A stretch of 64,000 nucleotides of DNA, taken from assembly GCA_016927905.1 (NCBI GenBank), contig JAFGLW010000010.1:351-64350 (forward strand), in the 5' to 3' direction. The position numbers and the translations under genes are program-made. Each line of letters opens with the position of its first letter. Position 1 is the stretch's first letter. Under the pieces are notes generated by a model that saw only the letters and a list, made by a program, of their open reading frames with translations, did no database searches and had not been told where the DNA came from. Source of the stretch: a candidate division CSSED10-310 bacterium. GTDB lineage: Bacteria; CSSED10-310; JAFGJC01. Shown in pieces: positions 29,036 to 37,966 of this stretch.

Positions 29036-31960
29036 ATGACAGGCTCACGATATATCCATGTTTGGTCGGCTGTCATTCTGATCCTGGCGATGGTGCATTC
29101 CGGGACCGGTCAGGCAGTGGAAACGCAGGGCAGTATTCAGGGCAAGGTCGTGAACGAAGCAGGTAATCCCGTTCCCGATGCCGAAATCACGCTGCTCAAC
29201 CTGGAAACGGGATATTATCAGATGATCACCACCCGGGAGGACGGCCGTTTTCGGGCGCGTTTGCTCCCGCTGGGCGTCTACCAGGTCACCGTGTTGAAAA
29301 CCGGTCTGACGGTTTTCCAGCAGGACGGAGTCAAGCTAACGATCGGGGATATCGTCAATCTGGATGTGCGGCTGAAACCGATCACATTCGAGGAAACCAT
29401 CACGGTCACGGCCGATGCTCCCATCATCGAAGCCGGAAATGTGGATGCGGGAGCCACGGTCAACGAGATGGCCATATCCACTCTGCCGCTGAACGGTCGG
29501 AATTTTCAGGATCATGTTCTGCTGACTGCCGGAGCGATTTATTATGATTACCATGTGCAAATCGGCGGGCAGCGGGGGATCAACAACAATCTGATGATGG
29601 ATGGCGCTGACAACAACTCCGCGTTTTTTTCGGAACAGCGCGGCGGCACCAGACCGCCTTTTACATTCAGCCAGGAAGCCGTCCGGGAGTTCGAGGTCCT
29701 GAACAATGCCTACAGTGCGGAATTCGGCCGGGCGGGGGGCGGCATCATCAATGCCGTCACCAAATCCGGCACAAACACTTACAAAGGCAGTCTTTTTTAT
29801 TATTTCCGCGATGACAGCTTCGTCGAAAAGAACGCCCTGGGATGGGAATACGATGAATTTGAACAGCATCAGTTCGGAGCGACGCTTGGCGGACCCATTA
29901 TACAGGACAAGCTGTTTTTTTTCATCGCTTACGACGGCCAGCTTAAAGATAAACCCATTTTCCCGGATGTGGACGATTATTTCTCACCAACGGGCGATTA
30001 CGCCGGGGAATATCCGGAAACCGCAGCCCGATATCCGTTCTGGGACTGGTTTTCGGACCGGTATCTCCAGACGCACGACGAGAATGTCCTGCTGACCAAG
30101 ATCGACTGGATCATCAACTCCAACCATCATGCAACGTTCCGGCACAATTATTCCCGGTATATATCGGAGAATGGTACGGTGACCTCCGGCATCGAAACCT
30201 ATAACGGATATGAACGTACTTATGCCAACTCGCTGGTTGCTTCAATCAATTCCATCTTCACCGAAACGCTGTTCAATGAATTGCGGATCCAGTATGCCAG
30301 TGAAAAGAGACCCAGGGAACCCAACGATGACGACACTCCCGAAACGATCATTCGGGGACGCCACCCGATTACGTTCGGACAACGGACTTATCTGCCGTCC
30401 AACGTCTTCGAAGACCGTCTCCAGGTGATGGACAGTCTGACCTGGATTCTGGAGGATCACGAGTTGAAAGCCGGATTCGACTGGAACAAACTCGAAATCG
30501 ACAACGAGTTTCTGAGATATGGGGGAGGAAGTTACGAATTCGAGGATATCGCAGATTTTCCGCATATGCCATTCTCATACAGACAGGCATGGGACCGGAC
30601 AGGCAACGACGGCCTGGTGAAATTCGACAGCCATGATTACGCGTTTTTCGTACAGGACAATTGGCAGCCCACCGATCAACTGACCGTCAACATGGGTCTT
30701 CGGTACGATTTCCAGGACCATCCTGATGTGGAAGTACCCAATCCGGACGCCTGGATCCTGCCTTGGTGGTCGGACAACGATTCGGACCGGTATAATCCAA
30801 CTGCTGAAATCCCGGAAGATACCAATAACTGGGGCCCCCGGATTGCCGTCGCCTGGTCTCCTCAGGCTGATAAACGGACCGTGATCCGGGCCGGCTGGGG
30901 TATGTTTTATTCCCGCACACCCACCATCCTGGTGGCCAATGCCCTGTCAAACAACGGGTATCGCATATTTACGTCGTCCATGGGATCCGATCATCCCGAT
31001 TTTCCGACTTATCCCAACCGCGTACCGAATATTCCCGATACCGGATCGCTCGTTCCGGACATCTATGTGTTCGATCCCGATTTTGAAAATCCCATGACCA
31101 GACGCACCAGTGTCGGTGTGGAGCGGGAGATGTTCAGGGATTTCGCGGTGGGATTGGAATATGTATATGCGCATACCACCCACTTGGAACGAAAATTCGA
31201 TATTAACCTCAAGAAACCGGAATGGGACGAAGAAAAGGGCCGTTACGTTTTCAGCCGGGTCAAACGGAACCCTGATTTCAACAAGATCATCCAGTTTACC
31301 GATGATGCCGAATCAAAATATCATGCGGTGACTCTGGAACTGAACAAGCGTTTCAGCAACAATTACCAGTTCATGGCGAGTTATACCTGGTCTCGGAGCC
31401 GGGACAACGATTCCAACAACGCCAGCACTGAAACCTACGGCTATGATTTTCCTGAAAACATGTATGATCTCGACGCGGAATGGGGGCCCAGCGATTTCGA
31501 CGTGGAACACCGGGTAGTGGCCAGCGGAACATACCTGATGTCGGACCTACTGAACCTGCCGGACTGGTACGATCTGGATGTCAGCGGCATATTCACATAC
31601 CAGAGCGGCAGACCGTGGACACCCGAAATCAGCGGCGACGCGAACCGGGATGGATACTCAGCCAACGACCGGCCGCATTACCGGGATGAGGATGGGGAGT
31701 GGAAGACGTTCGGAAGAAATTCCAAACGCGATCCCCACACCAAGAATTTTGATTTCCGCCTGACCAATGGATTCAAGATACGGAATATTGAGATGGAATT
31801 GATCGTGGAATGTTTTAATGTGTTCGACTGGTCCAACTGGACGGTCAATTTCGCCCATTATGAATTCGACGAGCACGATCCCCCCGGGGAGAACTTCGGG
31901 AAGGCGGAATATCCCGGTAATTCCAGGCAGTATCAGATCGGCGCGAGGATCACATTCTGA
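29036..31960 (+). CDS. TonB-dependent receptor, Oar-type, with N-terminal carboxypeptidase-regulatory-like domain
   Basis: Signal peptide; LPLNGRNF, YSAEFGRAGGGIINAVTKSGTN, FFVQDNW and GLRYD motifs; C-terminal ARITF. Confidence 0.93.
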   Translation: MTGSRYIHVWSAVILILAMVHSGTGQAVETQGSIQGKVVNEAGNPVPDAEITLLNLETGYYQMITTREDGRFRARLLPLGVYQVTVLKTGLTVFQQDGVKLTIGDIVNLDVRLKPITFEETITVTADAPIIEAGNVDAGATVNEMAISTLPLNGRNFQDHVLLTAGAIYYDYHVQIGGQRGINNNLMMDGADNNSAFFSEQRGGTRPPFTFSQEAVREFEVLNNAYSAEFGRAGGGIINAVTKSGTNTYKGSLFYYFRDDSFVEKNALGWEYDEFEQHQFGATLGGPIIQDKLFFFIAYDGQLKDKPIFPDVDDYFSPTGDYAGEYPETAARYPFWDWFSDRYLQTHDENVLLTKIDWIINSNHHATFRHNYSRYISENGTVTSGIETYNGYERTYANSLVASINSIFTETLFNELRIQYASEKRPREPNDDDTPETIIRGRHPITFGQRTYLPSNVFEDRLQVMDSLTWILEDHELKAGFDWNKLEIDNEFLRYGGGSYEFEDIADFPHMPFSYRQAWDRTGNDGLVKFDSHDYAFFVQDNWQPTDQLTVNMGLRYDFQDHPDVEVPNPDAWILPWWSDNDSDRYNPTAEIPEDTNNWGPRIAVAWSPQADKRTVIRAGWGMFYSRTPTILVANALSNNGYRIFTSSMGSDHPDFPTYPNRVPNIPDTGSLVPDIYVFDPDFENPMTRRTSVGVEREMFRDFAVGLEYVYAHTTHLERKFDINLKKPEWDEEKGRYVFSRVKRNPDFNKIIQFTDDAESKYHAVTLELNKRFSNNYQFMASYTWSRSRDNDSNNASTETYGYDFPENMYDLDAEWGPSDFDVEHRVVASGTYLMSDLLNLPDWYDLDVSGIFTYQSGRPWTPEISGDANRDGYSANDRPHYRDEDGEWKTFGRNSKRDPHTKNFDFRLTNGFKIRNIEMELIVECFNVFDWSNWTVNFAHYEFDEHDPPGENFGKAEYPGNSRQYQIGARITF

Positions 31961-32016
31961 TCTATCCGGCCGATTCCAGGGGAAACAAACCGCTCGGAGG
32001 TTTAAATCCGGAGGAT

Positions 32017-32709
32017 ATGGACCGGTCACTGGCAGTAGTTTTATCTTCCGGCGGCATGGATTCTTGCGTGGTGGCGGCGCTGGCTGCCCGGAACCACCAA
32101 CTGGCCATGCTGCACGTGTCATACGGGCAGAGGACATGGATGCGCGAGTTGCGCGCATTCAACGATATCTGCGATCATCTCGACGTGAAACTGCGGCTGA
32201 AACTGAACATGAATCATTTTGCGCTGATCGGCGGATCGAGTCTGACCGATCCGTCGATTCCGGTGCCGGAAGGCGGGACAACAGACACGGATATACCCGC
32301 GACCTATGTTCCGTTCCGGAATGCAACCCTGCTTTGTGCGGCTGTTTCATGGGCGGAAATCATCCGGGCGGGGAAAATTTTCATTGGAGTCAACGAGATG
32401 GACATCCCCGGTTATCCAGATTGCCGGCCTGAATTCATCCGGGCCTTCAATCAGCTGATCAAGACCGGTACCAGGCCGCAAACGAATATCACGATCGAGA
32501 CCCCTCTCTCCGGCCTGAAGAAATCGGATATTGTCAGATTGGGCATCGCCATTTCAGCGCCTTTGGAAAAATCGTGGTCATGCTATCGATCGGAAGATCT
32601 GGCATGCGGCACATGCGATTCGTGCCGGCTTCGTCTGTCGGGATTCCGGGATGCAGGTTATCGGGATCCGGTAATTTATAGGGAAGGACCGGGAACACAG
32701 GACCGGTGA
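32017..32709 (+). CDS. queC: 7-cyano-7-deazaguanine synthase
   Basis: SGGMDS, YGQR, TYVPFRN, YPDCRPEF and the WSCY...CGTCDSC zinc site. Confidence 0.95.
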   Translation: MDRSLAVVLSSGGMDSCVVAALAARNHQLAMLHVSYGQRTWMRELRAFNDICDHLDVKLRLKLNMNHFALIGGSSLTDPSIPVPEGGTTDTDIPATYVPFRNATLLCAAVSWAEIIRAGKIFIGVNEMDIPGYPDCRPEFIRAFNQLIKTGTRPQTNITIETPLSGLKKSDIVRLGIAISAPLEKSWSCYRSEDLACGTCDSCRLRLSGFRDAGYRDPVIYREGPGTQDR

Positions 32710-32736
32710 ACCGTTCTTGAGATCGGGAGGCTATTG

Positions 32737-33903
32737 ATGGAGTACAGGAAACAAATTGGCAGGACCGGCTTGATCGGGTTCATGGTGCTGCTTTCCGCCC
32801 ATCCGGTCGGCTCGTATTTTTCCTATGGAGCGCGTGCCGGAGGAATGGGAAACGCCTTTTCGGCCGTGGCAGATGATGCATCGGCGGTATACTGGAATCC
32901 GGCTTCCATTGTCCTGATTCCCGGGTGGAGCGTGACGCTGGATGTCGGCAGTGATCTCGTTGTCGCGGACAAAGCCCAGAATGTCATCGAGAAAATATTC
33001 GACTCCGACCCCAGAGCCTGGGATGGCCCGGAGTTCGGGGAAGACCGGGACCGACTCCTCGATCTGCTGGACAAACTGGACGATTATGCCTGGACCCATC
33101 GGGGCGGCGACAGATTCGGCCTGTCGGTGGCCTATAAAAAAACAGCATTCAGCATCATGGGATACGATATTTATTATATCCAGCCGGAGGTGGATACGCT
33201 GAATATCGATCTGGATCCCGAAAGCGGGACCTATATCGGAAACAACGCCACATCGATGCAATTCGGCGGGTTTCATGTCAAGGAATACGGCATGACTTTA
33301 TCGTTTTTGACTGAATCCAAATCAGTTGCGATGGGTGTTACCGGCAAATTTGTCGATATCGACGGGTATCACTGGACGGGAAATATCTGGGATGAACCGT
33401 CGATTGATCCATCCAATCTGCTGGATCGCGTCGAAAACACGGCTTCAACCGGTGATTCGGACTGGGGAATGGACGCCTCGTTCACCTTTTTCCTGGGCCA
33501 CAACCGCGTCGCGCTCGTGGGTCGAAACCTGCATTCGCTGGAAATCAGGACAGGCGAGGATACAACCCTGAAAATCAAACAGGAATACCGGATCGGGTAT
33601 GCATTCATTCCGAACGACCGGTTCACTTTCGCGGTGGATTATGAGACCAACGCATCCCGGGATCCCTTGGGAAACAAACTGGATGGAAAAGATATCGCGA
33701 TCGGGTTTGAAGGCAAATTCGGCGACAAGAAAAATTTCGTTCTCCGGGGTGGCGCCGTCCTGGATAAGGGAGGGGATTCCCCGATCCTGTTCACCGGAGG
33801 CGCTTCGATACTGTTCGAGCATCTGGCGATCGATTTCAGTTATTCGAGGGATCAGGACGGAGAAAGCCTGGGGATGTGGGGCGGTTTGAGAATCTCCTTC
33901 TAG
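32737..33903 (+). CDS. Outer-membrane beta-barrel of the FadL/PorV/TraF_2 superfamily
   Basis: Signal peptide then GARAGGMGNAFSAVADDASAVYWNPA hatch motif; alternating beta-strand pattern; terminal GLRISF. Confidence 0.75.
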   Translation: MEYRKQIGRTGLIGFMVLLSAHPVGSYFSYGARAGGMGNAFSAVADDASAVYWNPASIVLIPGWSVTLDVGSDLVVADKAQNVIEKIFDSDPRAWDGPEFGEDRDRLLDLLDKLDDYAWTHRGGDRFGLSVAYKKTAFSIMGYDIYYIQPEVDTLNIDLDPESGTYIGNNATSMQFGGFHVKEYGMTLSFLTESKSVAMGVTGKFVDIDGYHWTGNIWDEPSIDPSNLLDRVENTASTGDSDWGMDASFTFFLGHNRVALVGRNLHSLEIRTGEDTTLKIKQEYRIGYAFIPNDRFTFAVDYETNASRDPLGNKLDGKDIAIGFEGKFGDKKNFVLRGGAVLDKGGDSPILFTGGASILFEHLAIDFSYSRDQDGESLGMWGGLRISF

Positions 33904-34916
33904 TTCAGAGTGTCGGGTGAAGGCTTGAAGCCTTTCTTCCGAAGCTGGGTGACCCACTTCCTGAGACGGCGGTTCCGGGGATGATCGAGCAATCCTTTAA
34001 CCGCCATATCCATCGATTCCTGAAGCTTTCCCATGGTGTGCAATGCATCGATACGCGCCAGGAGAATCCTGATATCGGATTGATGGAGATGCGGCTGACG
34101 GAGAATCTCCAGGGATCTGTCCGGTCGGCCGGTCCGGGTGAAGCATTCGGCCAGTTTAACTGTCACCGACGATGATCTCGGCTGCCGGTTCTGCAGAAAC
34201 TCCAGATATCCGACCGCTTCCTCGAACCCGGATTCACGGATTGCCAGGTCGGCTGCCAGTTCGTAAAAACGCAGGTTGGAGCGGAAACTGGGTGATGCCA
34301 GGATGATTCGGAGTTGCCGGAGTGCTTTGGATGGTTCCATACGCTGCAGCCCGGAATACAACATATCCTCCTGATCCGATTGCCGTTGCCGGGACAACTC
34401 CAAAATGATCTGGTCCAATCGATCGGCATCTTCAATTCGGCCGGCGAATGCATACGCAACCTGAAGGTCCTTCAGGATTCCGGGATCATCCGGATGGATC
34501 TCGCGGGCTTTCTCCAGTGTGGTTACCGCATCTTCGAACCGCTTCATCTTCACCAGGATCTGAGCCAGTCGCAACACCGTATAAGTATCTCTGGGATGCA
34601 CGGCAAAGGCTTCCTTGAAATAACGGAGGGATTCATGAACCCGGTCCTGCCGGTAACGGATTTCCGCCAGAGTGGTCAATGCCAGCCTGCTGCGGGGATT
34701 CAATTCCAGAGATTTCATGGCATACAACTCCGACGTTTCGGTGTTATCAATCATGTAATAAAAATGCGCCAGAGAGGACAATTCCATCCAAGACAAAGAC
34801 CCGGAGTGATTCTCCAGCAGCCGGATGGCATCATCATATCCAGAACTTCTGACACGCTCCCATGCTGCATCGTTCAGGGAAGGCTCGCCGGATCGATCCG
34901 GATTCACGGGATGCAT
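33900..34916 (-). CDS. Tetratricopeptide-repeat protein
   Basis: Repeated helical units such as LA..Y...E.....K.LE..P. Confidence 0.75.
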   Translation of the reverse strand: MHPVNPDRSGEPSLNDAAWERVRSSGYDDAIRLLENHSGSLSWMELSSLAHFYYMIDNTETSELYAMKSLELNPRSRLALTTLAEIRYRQDRVHESLRYFKEAFAVHPRDTYTVLRLAQILVKMKRFEDAVTTLEKAREIHPDDPGILKDLQVAYAFAGRIEDADRLDQIILELSRQRQSDQEDMLYSGLQRMEPSKALRQLRIILASPSFRSNLRFYELAADLAIRESGFEEAVGYLEFLQNRQPRSSSVTVKLAECFTRTGRPDRSLEILRQPHLHQSDIRILLARIDALHTMGKLQESMDMAVKGLLDHPRNRRLRKWVTQLRKKGFKPSPDTLN

Positions 34917-34920
34917 CAGT

Positions 34921-35100
34921 TTATTTGAAAAAATCGGGTACGCACAGCAGGAGAGTACCGATCAGTGCCGTAATCAAACCCGCAATCGATGTGATCGACC
35001 CGATCACCTGCAGTGATTTTGCCTTTTCATACGAAGTTTTAAATCCCCAGAACAGCATGATCAGGCCGATACCGATAGTGATGAATTGCCAGTAATTCAA
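34921..35100 (-). CDS. Small two-helix membrane protein
   Basis: TTG start behind a purine-rich RBS; two hydrophobic segments; stop 4 bp before the TPR gene start. Confidence 0.6.
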   Translation of the reverse strand: MNYWQFITIGIGLIMLFWGFKTSYEKAKSLQVIGSITSIAGLITALIGTLLLCVPDFFK

Positions 35101-35227
35101 GTTCGTTTTTCCCTTCGTTCTCGCTGCACTGCCACAGTTTGCGATAAGAACCATTCCATGTCAAGAATGTCATAGGAGACCTCGTGCATCGTCATGGGGA
35201 TTAACCAATGCCGCCAGTTTCCGCGGC

Positions 35228-35256
35228 TTGATTTTAAGGTACAGCGATGGTAGCGT
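35228..35256 (+). promoter_or_regulatory. Putative sigma70 promoter of glnA
   Basis: TTGATT-N17-TAGCGT with TG extended -10. Confidence 0.4.
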
Positions 35257-35315
35257 TTTATCGCTCCATTTCCGCATTCCCCTGACGGGACACGGCTGAT
35301 GGGAAGGAGAAAGAT

Positions 35316-36758
35316 ATGAATCGGACGGATAACATGAATTTCAGCGGATTGAAGGCATTTATCGATGCCAACCGCGTGGAGATGATCGATTTGAAGTTTG
35401 TTGATTTGAAGGGCAGTTTCAGGCATGTGACTGTTCCGGTGACCTCCCTGTCGGAATCCATCCTGTCGGACGGTGTCGGATTTGACGGTTCCAGCGTTGG
35501 CTTTAAAAGCGTCAAAAGTGGTGATATGTGTCTGATTCCCGATCTGTCAACGATGTTCATAGATCCGTTCTGGGATCAGCCCACCCTCAGCGTATTGTGC
35601 AACATTGTTGAGGCCGATACTCGGGAGGAGTTCATCGGAGATCCCAGGTCAATCGCCATCAGAGCCTGCAGATATCTGAAGGACCAGGGTATTGCAGAAC
35701 AGGCGATCGTTCAACCGGAGTTCGAATTCAATATCTTCGATTCGATATCATATGACGTGAATCCCGGGAAGAACTCCATCGAGATTATTTCCCGGGAATC
35801 CAAACACCATACGGAAACGACCGGCAACCCGTTTTCGGGTTACTGGATACCGCATCAGGGCGGGTATCATTCGGCGGCACCGGGAGACGCATTCCGGAAT
35901 ATCCGGGCAGAAATCGTAAAAATATTGAGAGATATGAACGTCAAAATCAAATACCATCATCACGAAGTGGGATCGTCCGGGCAGCAGGAAATCGAGATGA
36001 GTCAGACCGAATTGGTCCAGGGATGCGATCATGGTATGTTGCTGAAATACGTCGTGAAAAACGTGGTGCTGAATCATGGATTGACGGCCACATTCATGCC
36101 CAAGCCGATTGCCGGCGAAGCCGGAAACGGCATGCACATCCATTTCCGCATGGTCGACCGGAACAACCAGCCATTGTTTTTTGATCCGGACGACGATATC
36201 GGCCTGTCGGAGCTTGCCTACCTGTTCATCGGTGGTGTCATCCATCACGGACCATCCCTGGCTGCTTTCACCAATCCGAGCACGAATTCGTACCGCAGAC
36301 TTGTCAAGGGATTTGAAGCTCCCACCAGCCTGTTTTTTTCCCTCGGAAGCCGGAAATCCTGTATTCGGATACCCAAATATGCAACTCAGCCGGATACGAA
36401 ACGGTTCGAAATACGTTCTCCGGATTCGACCTGCAACCTTTATTTCGCCGCCGCGGCCATCCTGATGGCGGGAATAGACGGGATTCAGCGCGGTATCCAT
36501 GCTGGGAACAGGGAATGGGGACCCTACAACGAGATTGAAAATGTGCCTGTCAGGTTCAGAAAACGAATTGCATCTCTTCCTGAATCGCTCGAAGAAGCCC
36601 TGCGGGCGCTGGAACGAGATCATGATTATCTGAAGAGAGGAAATGTTTTCACCCAGACCCTGATCGACGGCTGGCAGAATTCGAAATTCGAACGGGAGGT
36701 TGTGCCGGTGAAAAACAATCCCACCCCTCTGGAATTCGAGCTCTACTACAACTGTTGA
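35316..36758 (+). CDS. glnA: Glutamine synthetase type I
   Basis: FDGSS, HHHEVG, TATFMPKP, GNGMHIH, NSYRRLV.GFEAP and RFEIRSPD motifs; AGGAG RBS. Confidence 0.95.
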   Translation: MNRTDNMNFSGLKAFIDANRVEMIDLKFVDLKGSFRHVTVPVTSLSESILSDGVGFDGSSVGFKSVKSGDMCLIPDLSTMFIDPFWDQPTLSVLCNIVEADTREEFIGDPRSIAIRACRYLKDQGIAEQAIVQPEFEFNIFDSISYDVNPGKNSIEIISRESKHHTETTGNPFSGYWIPHQGGYHSAAPGDAFRNIRAEIVKILRDMNVKIKYHHHEVGSSGQQEIEMSQTELVQGCDHGMLLKYVVKNVVLNHGLTATFMPKPIAGEAGNGMHIHFRMVDRNNQPLFFDPDDDIGLSELAYLFIGGVIHHGPSLAAFTNPSTNSYRRLVKGFEAPTSLFFSLGSRKSCIRIPKYATQPDTKRFEIRSPDSTCNLYFAAAAILMAGIDGIQRGIHAGNREWGPYNEIENVPVRFRKRIASLPESLEEALRALERDHDYLKRGNVFTQTLIDGWQNSKFEREVVPVKNNPTPLEFELYYNC

Positions 36759-37864
36759 CGGGCAGGATTCACTTGGAATCAACCCGTCCGCGCACCTCCA
36801 TCATCGTCCTGTCCTATAACGGGATGAAGCATCTGCCCGAATGCCTGGAATCCATATATGACCAGACTGATACCGATTTCGAACTGATTGTCGTAGATAA
36901 CGCCTCCCGGGACGGTTCCCCGCAGTGGGTGACGAACCACTATCCGACGGCCCGGCTGATCAAATTGTGCCGGAACCAGGGTTTCTGCCGGGGAATGAAC
37001 CGGGGCGTGGCGGAAGCTGTAGGAGAATATCTCTTTCTTCTCAACCAGGATATCGTCCTCGATACGGAATGCCTGGGAAATCTTGCCGGTGAAATGGAAA
37101 GTCGGTCAAAGACGTGGATCGGGGCGTTTCCGAAGGTGGTTTTTTACGATGCCCCGGAATTCATCAATGCCTTCGGTGTCAGGTGGTACGAGACCTGTCA
37201 CTGGCGCGACACCCGGGTCGGGCTGGCTGATTTCGGTCAGTATAAAACCCCCGAACAGGTTTTCGGATCCATATTCCCGGCCGTTCTTCTTCGGCGGGAC
37301 CGGTTCAACGAGATCGGCAGATTCGATCCGCTGTTCTGGTCGTACAATGAAGATTTCGATCTGTGTTACCGGGCAGCCCTTTTCGGATATAAATTCGTCG
37401 CGGTGCCGGCGTCGGTCATCCGCCATAAATACAGGGCATCATCCCGGGACTTATCGGATCCCCTGTGGTCCAGATATTGGTTTGTCCGGAATTATTTCCT
37501 GGTTTTTCTGAAAAATTACCAGTTGAAAAATCTTTTGAAATATAGACGGATCATCTTCATGAGATATATGGGATTTTCGATGAAAGAAGCCTGGAAAACA
37601 GGGCGTTTCAAAGAGGTTCTGGTGTACGGTAAAATCATTGTTTCATTGGTTTTCCGGGTTCCCTGGATTTTGAAACGCCGCTTCTTCATCCAGCTCCATC
37701 GTAAAATATCCGATCGGGAAATATGGAGTTACGGAACGGTTGAAGAGCATAATATTTATCATTACAACGGGTGTATCGTTCTGTCGCTCAAATCGTTCAG
37801 AGCGGCTGTGATCGGCGAAAAGTATCCCTACACAATTGGAGATGTGACCTATTCTTCGATATAA
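36755..37864 (+). CDS. Glycosyltransferase family 2
   Basis: IIVLSYNG, VVDNASRDGS, LLNQD and YNEDFDLCYR motifs. Confidence 0.88.
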   Translation: MTGRIHLESTRPRTSIIVLSYNGMKHLPECLESIYDQTDTDFELIVVDNASRDGSPQWVTNHYPTARLIKLCRNQGFCRGMNRGVAEAVGEYLFLLNQDIVLDTECLGNLAGEMESRSKTWIGAFPKVVFYDAPEFINAFGVRWYETCHWRDTRVGLADFGQYKTPEQVFGSIFPAVLLRRDRFNEIGRFDPLFWSYNEDFDLCYRAALFGYKFVAVPASVIRHKYRASSRDLSDPLWSRYWFVRNYFLVFLKNYQLKNLLKYRRIIFMRYMGFSMKEAWKTGRFKEVLVYGKIIVSLVFRVPWILKRRFFIQLHRKISDREIWSYGTVEEHNIYHYNGCIVLSLKSFRAAVIGEKYPYTIGDVTYSSI

Positions 37865-37966
37865 TAATATCCCGTTACGGCCGGCCTGCAGTCAGCCCCG
37901 TACATGTTTCAGACTGCGATCCGGGTTCTCAAGTCCACTATCCTGTTGCGCTCGTGGAGGTCGTTC

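Noticed and set aside
32017-32709. queC as part of a Qat or Dpd defence/DNA-modification system
   Set aside because: Canonical-length QueC with no qatA/B/D, dpd or tgt-like neighbours; housekeeping queuosine synthesis is simpler
32737-33903. TraF-like gene as evidence of a conjugative element
   Set aside because: No relaxase, VirB4, coupling protein or other tra genes; flanked by chromosomal genes
35748-36782. Long antisense ORFs (344 aa here; also 11036-11929, 24559-25419, 55802-56722, 56899-57759)
   Set aside because: They lie opposite well-supported genes, show no motifs and are expected shadow ORFs in GC-rich coding DNA
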